Shown here: piece by piece, positions 10,198-19,445 of the stretch
Numbering within the stretch: the first letter of the stretch is position 1
Layout: every line of letters starts with the position of its first letter
NCBI GenBank assembly: GCA_937995785.1
Contig: CALKJQ010000035.1
Location: forward strand, 133-64,132
Source: Candidatus Kapaibacterium sp.
Lineage (GTDB): Bacteria > Bacteroidota > Ignavibacteria > Kapaibacteriales > UBA2268
Reading direction: 5' to 3'
DNA: 64,000 nt
Made by a program: the position numbers and the translations under genes
Notes under the pieces: generated by a model
The model's input: the letters and a program-made list of their open reading frames with translations, nothing else
Told to the model about the DNA's origin: nothing
Database searches by the model: none

Positions 10198-10345
10198 ACA
10201 TTTTAATCTAATATCAGAGGAGGTGGTGCCCAATGGGAGAAAAACCCAAATACTCCCCAACAGAAATTTTGACAATTGGAAGGGTGGGGGGGTAGCATTG
10301 CATAATTTTGTATTTTGATTTTTTACAAATATTTGAGATTAAAGA

Positions 10346-11572
10346 TTGGATAAAATAATTAGTGTCTTGCCAAATGGAATAAAGTTAATCTATAACTTTT
10401 TTCCTGGTATTAAATCGTATGTTTTGAGCATAACATCAATGGCGGGTTCGCGTCAGGATTTTGAACAAAAAGATGGATTAGCCCATTTTGTGGAACATAT
10501 TTTATTTCGCCGAAATGCAGAATTTAACAATTCACAATTGGCTCGCGAATTCGAAAAAACAGGTACAATTTATAACGCTTTCACCGAACAAGAACTTACT
10601 TGTTTTTATCTAAAAGGATTAAATGAAAAGTTTGTTGACGTCTTTAATTTAATTTCCAAATTTTTTATTTGTCCTATATTCGATAAAAAAGATTTTGAAA
10701 AAGAAAAGCGGATTATCCTCGAAGAAATAAGATCCTACGAGGACGACCCCGAGGAATATATCCTCGATATTGGCAACGAATTGATTTTTCCGAATCATCC
10801 ACTCGGAAGGCTTATCACGGGAACAACACAATCTTTAATGAATATCACACTCGACGACATTAAAAATTATTTTGCAAATTACTATACCCCAAATAACTTA
10901 GTAGTTGCTTTCGTTGGCAATATTCCATTCGAACAAGTTGCCGAAGTCGTTAATAGTAAACTTGGAGAATTGATTCCCCGCCCAATAAATTCGAATAATA
11001 TTGATATTCCCAACAACATTGTCCCCAATAGGGATATTGCAAGGGATCTGGAGCAATCTCATTTTTTATATCAAATGAGAATGGATAATTTAACAGAAAA
11101 TCAATTACCAATGCTAAAATTATTTTCCTATTATCTTTCCGAAAGTCCTTCTTCGATTATCTACAATAGCCTTAGGGAAAAAAGTGGCTTGGTTTATAAT
11201 GTATTCACAAATGTCGAGCAGTTTTCGGACACAAATGTGCTCCAATTGTATTACGCAACACAAAAATCTAATTACGACAAAGCCCAAAAATTAATAAATG
11301 ATATTTTCGAAAAAATAAAATCTGGTAAAATCAACAAATCTCTTTTTCAACTAAGCAAAGGAGCATTGAAAGCCCAGCATATTTATCGTTTGGAGATACC
11401 CTACGAAATAATGATGAACGATATTAGAATTGAGTATCTCAACGGAAAATACTTATATAATAATTTTCTCGAGCAAATCGACAAAATTAAATACGATGCG
11501 TTTACTTTATTTGCTTCAGAATTACTATCCCGCAACGATTGGTCTTTGGTTCGATTATTGCAAACTGATTAA
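10346..11572 (+). CDS. M16B family zinc metallopeptidase
   Basis: Inverted zinc motif GLAHFVEH, NAFT, EK.IILEE, LREKSGLVY; TTG start. Confidence 0.85.
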   Translation: MDKIISVLPNGIKLIYNFFPGIKSYVLSITSMAGSRQDFEQKDGLAHFVEHILFRRNAEFNNSQLAREFEKTGTIYNAFTEQELTCFYLKGLNEKFVDVFNLISKFFICPIFDKKDFEKEKRIILEEIRSYEDDPEEYILDIGNELIFPNHPLGRLITGTTQSLMNITLDDIKNYFANYYTPNNLVVAFVGNIPFEQVAEVVNSKLGELIPRPINSNNIDIPNNIVPNRDIARDLEQSHFLYQMRMDNLTENQLPMLKLFSYYLSESPSSIIYNSLREKSGLVYNVFTNVEQFSDTNVLQLYYATQKSNYDKAQKLINDIFEKIKSGKINKSLFQLSKGALKAQHIYRLEIPYEIMMNDIRIEYLNGKYLYNNFLEQIDKIKYDAFTLFASELLSRNDWSLVRLLQTD

Positions 11573-12067
11573 TTATCGTGATTGTTCCGCAATAAGCAAT
11601 TTCCTTGTGTATGCAATCAATCCACCTGCCTCGACAATAGCTCTGCGAGCTGCAGGAACGGGCACAATTTTATATTTTTTTCCTGTAGAAATATTTAATA
11701 AATAATCGTCGCCAATTTCTAATTCATCGCCCACCTCAGCTTCTATTTCGGGACATTCCACAGTTTTCAGACCGAGATTAATTGAATTTTGGAAGAAAAT
11801 TCTTGCAAAATTACGGGCAACTATTACTAAATTATGACCAACTAAGGTCGAAACCGCTTGCTCGCGCGAGGAACCCGTGCCAAAATTATTATCTGCAACA
11901 ATCACACGAGGCTGAGTTTTATCGCCTGAGTTCAATAAATTATTCAAATCGGGCATATCGGCAAAAGCATATTGTGGCGTTTCAGTTGGCAACACTGTTG
12001 CCATATATCTACCTGGATAAATATGGTCGGTCGAAATATCACTACCTAATTTATATATCACTTTCAT
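11573..12067 (-). CDS. leuD: 3-isopropylmalate dehydratase/homoaconitase small subunit
   Basis: STDHIYPGRY, NFGTGSSREQA, FARIFFQNSINLGL, AGGL. Confidence 0.75.
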   Translation of the reverse strand: MKVIYKLGSDISTDHIYPGRYMATVLPTETPQYAFADMPDLNNLLNSGDKTQPRVIVADNNFGTGSSREQAVSTLVGHNLVIVARNFARIFFQNSINLGLKTVECPEIEAEVGDELEIGDDYLLNISTGKKYKIVPVPAARRAIVEAGGLIAYTRKLLIAEQSR

Positions 12068-12072
12068 TATTT

Positions 12073-13365
12073 TTACTCCATTATTTTTCGGGGATCTGTA
12101 ATTTTACCAAAAATGGCGGTTGCAGCAGCTGCTGCGGGTGAACCTAAGTAAACTTCGGCATCGGGATTGCCCATTCTGCCTTTGAAATTGCGATTGGTTG
12201 TCGAAAAAGCTCTTTCACCATCCCCCAAAGCACCTTGATGAATACCTAAGCAAGGACCACATCCAGGATTCATCACCACAGCACCAGCTTTAACAAACTC
12301 GGCGATATAGCCTTTTTCTAATGCTTCGTTATAAACTCGATAGGAGGCGGGAAACACAAGCATGCGAGTGTTCTTGGCGACTTTTTTACCTTTAATTATC
12401 TCGTATGCCTCCTTCAAATCGTCGATTCTCCCGTTCGTACAAGACCCGATAACCACTTGCTGAATATCCAAACCCTCAACTTCGCTAATTTTTACCACAT
12501 TATCGACGTGGTGGGGAGCTGCCACTTGTGGTTCTAAATCTGTAACATTAATTTCAACAATTTGATGATATGAAGCGTCATCGTCGGGCTTTACCATATC
12601 TATTTCGCCTTGATAATTTGCCACCTCGCGTAAATAACGAGAGGTTTCGGCGTCGGGTGCGATTATGCCAGCAGTTGCACCAGCTTCGACAGCCATATTA
12701 GAAATTACCAACCTTCCCGATGTATCCATTTTTTCGATAACCTCGCCCGCAAATTCTAAAACTTTGAAGTTTGCTCCTTGATTTGTTAATTTTCCAATCA
12801 AATTCAGAATTAAATCTTTGGCATAAACGCCTTTGGGCAATTTACCTTTGAATATTACTTTGATTGTTTGGGGAACTTCCACATTCAAAACCCTACCAAG
12901 AGCCCAAACCGAAGCCATTTCGGTTGCTCCAATCCCGAAAGCAAAAGTTCCCAATGCACCGTGAGTTGTGGTGTGGCTATCTGTTCCCACAACTACTCCA
13001 CCTGGCAGAACATAGCCGTTTTCGGGTAGGATTTGATGGCAAATTCCACCTTCATCTCCACGGATGTCGTGAAACTTTTCGATACCTTGTTCTTCTACAA
13101 ATTGCCTCACTAACTTTTGATTTGTAGCAGTTTTGCGGCTTTCTGCAGGAATGCGGTGGTCGAATATAATTGCAATTTTTGATGGATCCCACACTTTTAG
13201 TGGATTATCTAAACCATCGAAAATTTGCTTGAATTGGTTAATAACGAGTGCGGCATTTTCGTGCGACATAGCTAAACTTACTTTTGGTTCCACCACATCG
13301 CCAATTTCAACATAATTTTGTCCCGTAGCTTTTGCTAAAATTTTTTGGACTAATGTTTGTCCCAT
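12073..13365 (-). CDS. leuC: 3-isopropylmalate dehydratase/homoaconitase large subunit (LeuC type 2)
   Basis: FDH, GICHQ, DSHTTTHGA, IGSCTNGR, GCGPCLG (Fe-S cysteines), STTNRNFKGRMG. Confidence 0.8.
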   Translation of the reverse strand: MGQTLVQKILAKATGQNYVEIGDVVEPKVSLAMSHENAALVINQFKQIFDGLDNPLKVWDPSKIAIIFDHRIPAESRKTATNQKLVRQFVEEQGIEKFHDIRGDEGGICHQILPENGYVLPGGVVVGTDSHTTTHGALGTFAFGIGATEMASVWALGRVLNVEVPQTIKVIFKGKLPKGVYAKDLILNLIGKLTNQGANFKVLEFAGEVIEKMDTSGRLVISNMAVEAGATAGIIAPDAETSRYLREVANYQGEIDMVKPDDDASYHQIVEINVTDLEPQVAAPHHVDNVVKISEVEGLDIQQVVIGSCTNGRIDDLKEAYEIIKGKKVAKNTRMLVFPASYRVYNEALEKGYIAEFVKAGAVVMNPGCGPCLGIHQGALGDGERAFSTTNRNFKGRMGNPDAEVYLGSPAAAAATAIFGKITDPRKIME

Positions 13366-13432
13366 TTTATTTCACATTTTATTGAAATACAAAATTAACA
13401 AGAAATTAGATTGTAACCCATTGGTGATTTTA

Positions 13433-14512
13433 TTATTTTAAAAATTGCTTGGGAATATGCAGAACTTCCCGTCGGTTAGGATAGTTGGAGCGGAATTCAA
13501 TAAAATAAGATTTTATTTCTTCCTCGTTATTGGCATTAAAGTTTGTGAAGTCGATGTTATCGTTGCTAAAACCTCTGAAATAATCAAGAGTATTCATAAT
13601 TTCGTTTGTATTATTAAAATGTGAAATTGATTTTTTGGTTTCGTCCAATAATTCGTTCTGCAACAATGAAAAATTAACTTCGATTCCAAAGTGATTTCTG
13701 AAATGTTCCAACACCTGTATTGATGCTTTAATTTTTCCATCGTATGAATACCCGGCTATATGTGGGGTAGCAAGCATTGCTTTTCTGGCTATTTCCACAT
13801 CAAATAGTGGTTCGTTATCCCAAACATCGATAGCTAAAAAGATTGTTTTATTATTTAATAACTCCTTCAGATCACTTTGATTAACGATACCACCACGCGA
13901 AGAATGAATAAAAAGTGAATTTGGTTGCATTAATTCAAGCAAATTTCTATCAATAAGATTTTGTGTAGGATAATTTCCGAATTTGTTGAGTGGAACGTGG
14001 TTTGTGATAATATCGCAACTCCCAAAAATTTCCACCAAATCGGCATATTGCACGTATTTAGGAAAATCGAATTTCTGGTCTTTTAGGGGTGGGTCGTTCA
14101 CTAAAACCTCAATTCCTAACAGATGTGAATAATGAGCAACTAATTTACCAATATTTCCGAATCCAATAATTCCAATTTTTGAATTAATAGTTTTCTTGTT
14201 TGTAATATCTAAATATTTACAAATAGAAAAAATAACATATTCGGCGACCGAATTGGCATTACTGCCCGGTGCGGAATAATGCGGGATGCCGCTCTCTATA
14301 TGATCTGTTCCAGATGTGGCAGTAGCAATGAATTCCACGGAAGTGCCTTTAAGTAGTTCATTTGTGATTTTTTCGTTCGATCTAATAAAAATGGCATTAA
14401 TTTTGTTGTTGATTAAAAATAATTTAGAAAAATAATCATTAAACATTATTTCACAAAAATCAGGTAATGATTCTTTTAAAAAATATATTTTTTTATTTGA
14501 ATATATTTTCAT
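13433..14512 (-). CDS. pdxB: Erythronate-4-phosphate dehydrogenase (D-2-hydroxyacid dehydrogenase family)
   Basis: TATSGTDHI, APGSNANSVAEY, GIIGFGNIG, DVWDNEP, TPHIAGYSYDGK. Confidence 0.8.
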   Translation of the reverse strand: MKIYSNKKIYFLKESLPDFCEIMFNDYFSKLFLINNKINAIFIRSNEKITNELLKGTSVEFIATATSGTDHIESGIPHYSAPGSNANSVAEYVIFSICKYLDITNKKTINSKIGIIGFGNIGKLVAHYSHLLGIEVLVNDPPLKDQKFDFPKYVQYADLVEIFGSCDIITNHVPLNKFGNYPTQNLIDRNLLELMQPNSLFIHSSRGGIVNQSDLKELLNNKTIFLAIDVWDNEPLFDVEIARKAMLATPHIAGYSYDGKIKASIQVLEHFRNHFGIEVNFSLLQNELLDETKKSISHFNNTNEIMNTLDYFRGFSNDNIDFTNFNANNEEEIKSYFIEFRSNYPNRREVLHIPKQFLK

Positions 14513-14588
14513 CTTTTTTTCTTTAATTTTGTGAATAATTGATTAATTACATTAATGCAAAAATACTAAATTGGAGTAACTAACCAAT

Positions 14589-14996
14589 ATGAGGATTCTC
14601 GTCGTAGAAGATTTACTTGTAATGAGAAGGCTGATAGTCAACACTCTAAAGTCGGTTGGTTACACAGATTTGCTACAAGCAACAAATGGCGAAGAAGCTT
14701 TGGAACTAATTGTCAATCCAGATAGTAAAATTGAATTTGTGATAACTGATTGGCTTATGCCCGTTATGGATGGGATTACTTTAGTTAAATTCCTTAGGGC
14801 AAACCCCGAAACCAAGGACATACCCGTTATAATGCTCACATCAATGAACGACAAAGATAGTATTGTCGAAGCAGTTAAATATAATGTTAATGATTATGTT
14901 GTGAAACCCTTCACTCCCAAATTGCTTCAATCAAAAATCGAAAGTGTTCTTAACCGCATCAAATTTAATTTAAGCCCCAATAAACCATTAGTTTAA
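14589..14996 (+). CDS. Single-domain CheY-like response regulator
   Basis: VVED, ITDWLMPVMDG (phospho-Asp), MLT, YVVKPF. Confidence 0.88.
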   Translation: MRILVVEDLLVMRRLIVNTLKSVGYTDLLQATNGEEALELIVNPDSKIEFVITDWLMPVMDGITLVKFLRANPETKDIPVIMLTSMNDKDSIVEAVKYNVNDYVVKPFTPKLLQSKIESVLNRIKFNLSPNKPLV

Positions 14997-16268
14997 GATA
15001 TACTGACCAAATAAATTACGGATATGTTTATCCAACTCAGTTTGAAAATTAATTGTTAAATTTGTCCCTACATCTGTATCTTTTCTATCTATTACTTTGC
15101 AAATACTGTAGATTTTGTTCAATTCAGAATTTTTCTCATAAGGAACGAATAATTCGAGATTATTGCTTAATCTATCATATTCATTTTCCATTTGATTTAA
15201 TAATTCCGAAATATTCATATTCTTTTTTGCAGATACAAAAACAGCATTTGGATATTCACCTTTTATCTGTTTTATATGTTCTAAATGTTCTAATCTGTCG
15301 ATTTTATTAAAAACGTAAATTATCGGTTTATCTTTAATATTCAAGTCGTTTAATGTATCGACAACTGTACTAATATGTTTGCTAAAGTTATTATCGGAAG
15401 AATCGATAACTATCAGAATAACATCACTTTCGGAAGCCTCGGCAAGAGTTGAGCGGAACGAAGCCACCAGATGGTGAGGTAGATTCCGAATAAAACCCAC
15501 GGTATCACTCAGCAAACCAATCTTCCCACTTGGCAGTGTTATTTGTCTTACGACAGTCGATAGAGTTGCAAACAATTTATCTTCAACATAAACTCCCGCA
15601 TTGGTCAATGAATTCATAAGGGTTGATTTGCCCGCATTGGTATATCCAACGAGGGCAAATCGTGGAGTTCCATGGCGGCTTTTTCGTTGTTCAAAGTTTT
15701 GTGTATCTATCGTTTTTAATTTTTCTTTCAATATTTGAATGCGTTTGCGAATTATCCGTCGGTCAGTCTCTATTTGGGTTTCGCCGGGTCCTTTGGTGCC
15801 AACTCCGCCATATTGTTTGGATAGGTGAGTCCACATCCTGGATAATCGTGGAAGTAAATATAAATTTTGAGCCAATTCTACTTGCAATTGCGCTTCTAAT
15901 GTTTTGGCATTTTTTGCAAAAATATCCAAGATAATACTACTTCTGTCGAGAATTTTGACTTTTAACGCATTCGATAAGTTCCTCACTTGGACGGGGGTTA
16001 GTTCATTATCAAAAACAACCATCGAGGCTTGATGTTCTTCTATCAATAGTGCCAATTCTTCAACTTTTCCTTTTCCAAACAAAGTAGCAACACTTGGGGT
16101 TTGCAATTCTTGATAGACTTTCTCGACAACTTCTGCTCCAGCGGTATCGACCAATAACCCAAGTTCTTCCAAATTATCCATAGCCTCGTCTCTATTACTA
16201 CCTTTTTGGATAAAAATTGCAATAATTGCCTTTTCCTTTTTATTCTCTATTTCGTGAATCTGCTTCAT
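14988..16268 (-). CDS. hflX: Ribosome-splitting GTPase HflX
   Basis: LQVELAQ, GPGETQIETDRR, GYTNAGKST, LFATL, DTVGFI, NKID. Confidence 0.96.
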   Translation of the reverse strand: MKQIHEIENKKEKAIIAIFIQKGSNRDEAMDNLEELGLLVDTAGAEVVEKVYQELQTPSVATLFGKGKVEELALLIEEHQASMVVFDNELTPVQVRNLSNALKVKILDRSSIILDIFAKNAKTLEAQLQVELAQNLYLLPRLSRMWTHLSKQYGGVGTKGPGETQIETDRRIIRKRIQILKEKLKTIDTQNFEQRKSRHGTPRFALVGYTNAGKSTLMNSLTNAGVYVEDKLFATLSTVVRQITLPSGKIGLLSDTVGFIRNLPHHLVASFRSTLAEASESDVILIVIDSSDNNFSKHISTVVDTLNDLNIKDKPIIYVFNKIDRLEHLEHIKQIKGEYPNAVFVSAKKNMNISELLNQMENEYDRLSNNLELFVPYEKNSELNKIYSICKVIDRKDTDVGTNLTINFQTELDKHIRNLFGQYILN

Positions 16269-16404
16269 TAATCTTTTTAAAAACTAATAGACTTATCAAA
16301 CTGCAAAATTATTGCATAATTTGATTGTTTTACATTAAATAATTGCAACTTATAGGATTTAATTTCGTAGTAACTAAAAAAAATCTGCAATTTTCGAGGA
16401 AAAT

Positions 16405-16599
16405 ATGAAAAAAGAAGTACAAACTAAAGTCGAGTGCCACGGAGCATCGGGAGCAATTTATTTTTTTGGTATTGTTGGCTCTGCAATTTATTATATTTCG
16501 TCGGCAAGTGGTTTTTGGATGGGCGCTATTGGAATTCTAAAATCCTTTTTCTGGCCCGGTTTTATGGTATATGAATTAATGAAATATCTTAAAATTTGA
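16405..16599 (+). CDS. Small conserved-looking membrane protein (64 aa)
   Basis: GAGGA Shine-Dalgarno; two hydrophobic segments (GAIYFFGIVGSAIYYI; FWMGAIGILKSFFWPGFMVY). Confidence 0.7.
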   Translation: MKKEVQTKVECHGASGAIYFFGIVGSAIYYISSASGFWMGAIGILKSFFWPGFMVYELMKYLKI

Positions 16600-16647
16600 T
16601 ATGTAAAATTTTCTCATCAATATAGATTTCTAAATGCCGGAAAATAG

Positions 16648-16687
16648 CCTTCCTTCACCGTGAGGTGAGGACTTGGGGGTAGATCCC
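16648..16687. repeat. Possible degenerate REP-like palindromic element
   Basis: GC-rich hairpin CCTTCACC-GTGA-GGTGAGG followed by ACTTGGGGGTAG in AT-rich intergenic DNA; only one copy is visible here. Confidence 0.3.
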
Positions 16688-16720
16688 TATAATATGCTGC
16701 GATTTGTCTTTGAAATGTAA

Positions 16721-16757
16721 AAAAACTTTCGAGATGTTTTATGTCTCGAAAGTTTTT
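16721..16757. terminator. Bidirectional intrinsic terminator
   Basis: Perfect 14-bp inverted repeat AAAAACTTTCGAGA / TCTCGAAAGTTTTT between convergent genes. Confidence 0.85.
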
Positions 16758-16792
16758 GATTAAAGGCTTTATTATAAATTTAACTTTTCGGA

Positions 16793-17272
16793 TTATACTT
16801 CGGCGGTTACGTCTTGGGCTTTTTTACCACCAAACTTAGCAACAATTTCATCATCGTAATAATCCGCAATTATCGCTACTGAGTTTAGAGCAGTGCGGAA
16901 TTCATTCTCGTCCAAATTCTTGCCTGCAATCGAGTAACTAAATATTACCGTATCGTCGAAAAGTAAGCCAAAACCACCAAAATGTAATTCAGTATTCTTT
17001 CGTAGTAGAAAATACATCAAATCGGGATTTACATTTGTTTCGTAAACCACATTGGAAATAAATTCCACTATGGTATCGTCCTCGGTGAAAGGACGAACTA
17101 CAACCATAACTTGTGAGGAACCTCTTTTAATAGTAAAAGTAAAATCATCAAAAGCAACATAATCGGGATAAAGTTGTTTTAAAAAATTGGTAACTTTTTC
17201 GGCTGTAGAATTCAAAATTTCGATATCTGTATTCATTTTATTTTCCTTTGTTAAATTATTAATATTGTCCAT
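16793..17272 (-). CDS. YbjN / CesT-type chaperone-fold protein
   Basis: GSSQVMVVV, LLRKN..LHFGGFGL, LDENEF, VAIIADYYDDEIVAKFGG pattern typical of YbjN/T3SS-chaperone-like domains; true start may be 17236. Confidence 0.65.
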   Translation of the reverse strand: MDNINNLTKENKMNTDIEILNSTAEKVTNFLKQLYPDYVAFDDFTFTIKRGSSQVMVVVRPFTEDDTIVEFISNVVYETNVNPDLMYFLLRKNTELHFGGFGLLFDDTVIFSYSIAGKNLDENEFRTALNSVAIIADYYDDEIVAKFGGKKAQDVTAEV

Positions 17273-17281
17273 AAGTCCACC

Positions 17282-17962
17282 TTAGTTTTCATCACTTTTT
17301 GGTAATAAACCCATTTTGGCTTTCAAAGCAAGTAAATCCGAATCGACCGAGGAGGATTCCAATTGCTTGAATTGTTCGTCTAAACTTGTGTTTTCGCCCG
17401 CAAGCTGCTCGAAAGCAACGGCTTCGGCTTCTAATTTCTCGATTTTTTGTTCAAACTTATCGAATTTTGAGAATGCGTCGCTACCCACACCGCTCATTGC
17501 TTGTGCAATTTGTTTTTGGGCTTTGGCGGCTTGGCTTCGGGCAATTAATGTGCTCTGACGCATACGGGCTTCGTCGAGCTTTGCCTTCAATTTATCGAGT
17601 TGTATGCGTAAGTTGGCTGTTGTGGCTTTGGCTTGCTCATAGAGCGGCACTAAATCGGTTTGGTTTCTGTCCGCAAGAGCTTTTCTTTCGAGTGCGGCTT
17701 TTGCCAAGTCGTCTCTGGATGCTGTTAGTGCTTGCATTGCTTTGCTTTCCCATTCAGTTGAGTCTTTGCGAGCTTTTTCGAGTTTTTTCTGTAAACTAAC
17801 TTCGTTTGCTATTGCTTGGGCTACTGCAAGTGTGGTTTTATTGACGGATTCTTCCATCTCTATAACCATTTGTTTAATCATTTTCTCGGGGTCTTCGGCT
17901 TTGTCGAGGATGTCGTTAATGTTTGCTTTAAAAATATCAGTAATTCGTGCAAAAATTCCCAT
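17282..17962 (-). CDS. pspA: PspA/IM30 (bacterial ESCRT-III) family protein
   Basis: MGIFARITDIFKANINDILDKAEDPEKMIKQ, DDLAKAAL, coiled coil, LLALKAKMG. Confidence 0.92.
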   Translation of the reverse strand: MGIFARITDIFKANINDILDKAEDPEKMIKQMVIEMEESVNKTTLAVAQAIANEVSLQKKLEKARKDSTEWESKAMQALTASRDDLAKAALERKALADRNQTDLVPLYEQAKATTANLRIQLDKLKAKLDEARMRQSTLIARSQAAKAQKQIAQAMSGVGSDAFSKFDKFEQKIEKLEAEAVAFEQLAGENTSLDEQFKQLESSSVDSDLLALKAKMGLLPKSDEN

Positions 17963-18036
17963 TATTATTCTCCTAAATAAAAATTACTTAATTTTGTAAA
18001 TACATATACGAAATTTACTAAAAAATAGTTAAAGAA

Positions 18037-18384
18037 ATGTTCAATAAAAATCTTTTTGACGATTTTATCAATAAAATCCCTAACATTAAGGAAAAAACTG
18101 ACGAAATAAGAGCAAAGTCAGAGGACTTTATTCACCAGGAATCTGGTGCTGCGGGAATGGTTATTGTTAGAATGCACGGTTCGCGCAAAATTGTTTCCAT
18201 CGAAATATCCGACGAGCTCATTGCGATGAACGACAAAACAATGATGACCGATATTCTAAAAGCAACAATTAATTCTGCTATCGACAAAGTGCAAATTGAG
18301 TTCGACCAACGATTTAATAAAGCTATGGCTGAATTTTTCTTACAAAATGTCAATCCATCTCAACTATTCTCTGATAACAAGTAA
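18037..18384 (+). CDS. ybaB: YbaB/EbfC nucleoid-associated protein
   Basis: GAAGMV.V.M.G..IVSIEI, D..MM.DIL.ATIN.A; immediately upstream of recR. Confidence 0.8.
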   Translation: MFNKNLFDDFINKIPNIKEKTDEIRAKSEDFIHQESGAAGMVIVRMHGSRKIVSIEISDELIAMNDKTMMTDILKATINSAIDKVQIEFDQRFNKAMAEFFLQNVNPSQLFSDNK

Positions 18385-18386
18385 TT

Positions 18387-18980
18387 ATGATATATTCCTC
18401 CCAAAATATCGAGAAATTGGTAAACATTCTCTCCTCATTACCAACTATTGGCAAAAAAACTGCTCAAAGGCTTTCCTATTACTTAGTGAAGGCAGATACA
18501 GACTTCTTGGAAACTTTTGCACATACATTATTAGAGCTGAAGAATAAAGTTAAGTTATGTAAAATATGCTTTAACTACTCCGACGAAGAAGTATGCCCAA
18601 TTTGTCAGTCCGAAAAACGCAAGAAAAATACTATTTGTGTGGTGGAAGAACCGAATGATGTGATTGCAATCGAAAAAACTAATGAATTTAATGGTGTTTA
18701 TCACGTTCTGCACGGCGTTATAAGTCCGTTAGATGGAATTGGTGCAAACGATATTAAAGTAAAGGAATTGGTGCAAAGAATTCAGAATGTGGACGAGGTG
18801 ATATTAGCCTTAAATCCAAGTATCGAAGGCGAGACTACTTCGCAATATATTGCTAAACTTCTGCGACCTTTCGATATTAAAATCACCAGAATTGCAAGCG
18901 GTGTTCCAATGGGTTCGTCCTTAGAGTTCACCGATGAATTAACTCTATCGAGGGCTTTGCACAGCAGAGTGCCTATTTAA
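18387..18980 (+). CDS. recR: Recombination protein RecR
   Basis: LPTIGKKTAQRL, C4 zinc finger, ICVVE, YHVLHGVISPLDG, Toprim EVILALNPSIEGETT. Confidence 0.97.
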   Translation: MIYSSQNIEKLVNILSSLPTIGKKTAQRLSYYLVKADTDFLETFAHTLLELKNKVKLCKICFNYSDEEVCPICQSEKRKKNTICVVEEPNDVIAIEKTNEFNGVYHVLHGVISPLDGIGANDIKVKELVQRIQNVDEVILALNPSIEGETTSQYIAKLLRPFDIKITRIASGVPMGSSLEFTDELTLSRALHSRVPI

Positions 18981-19438
18981 CTTTTCATTTTGTTGATTAT
19001 TGCAGTCGAGGATTTTCCTTTAATATATTCAATTGTAACAACATTGCCACCATTTTGTTGGACGAAGTCGGCACCTACTATTTCTTCTATTTTATAGTCG
19101 GCTCCTTTAACCAATACATCGGGATTAATAATCTTTATTAATTCTAACGGCGTTTCCTCGTCAAAAAGTACTACTACATCCACGGGTTTTAGTGCATCCA
19201 AAACAATTGCTCGGTCGTGTTGATTATTGATTGGACGATTATTTCCTTTTAATCTCCGAACTGAATCGTCTGTGTTTAAGCCTATAATCAATACATCGCC
19301 GAGTTTTTTTGCTTCGGTTAGGTAGTGAATATGCCCCGAATGAATAACGTCAAAACATCCATTTGTAAAAACTATTTTCTTTGAATGTAGCTTTAATTCC
19401 AATGCTACTCTACTTATTGTATCGCGAGATAACAACAT
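18977..19438 (-). CDS. rfaE2: D-glycero-beta-D-manno-heptose 1-phosphate adenylyltransferase
   Basis: FTNGCFDVIHSGH, GLNTDDSVRRLKG..RP, LVKGADY, SSTAII. Confidence 0.92.
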   Translation of the reverse strand: MLLSRDTISRVALELKLHSKKIVFTNGCFDVIHSGHIHYLTEAKKLGDVLIIGLNTDDSVRRLKGNNRPINNQHDRAIVLDALKPVDVVVLFDEETPLELIKIINPDVLVKGADYKIEEIVGADFVQQNGGNVVTIEYIKGKSSTAIINKMKS

Positions 19439-19445
19439 AATTAAC

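Noticed and set aside
10211..10301. SAM-I, lysine or cobalamin riboswitch
   Set aside because: Only the first few bases resemble these; the conserved cores (e.g. GCAACC, GGGAA..GGUG, CCCCGC) are absent.
16634..16720. Short ORF MPENSLPSP-UGA-GEDLGVDPYNMLRFVFEM as a possible selenopeptide
   Set aside because: No SD, no redox-motif context, and the UGA sits in the loop of the hairpin rather than upstream of a SECIS-like stem; better explained as a palindromic element.
17963..18036. Sigma-54 promoter for pspA
   Set aside because: No GG-N10-GC (-24/-12) element found in the short divergent spacer.
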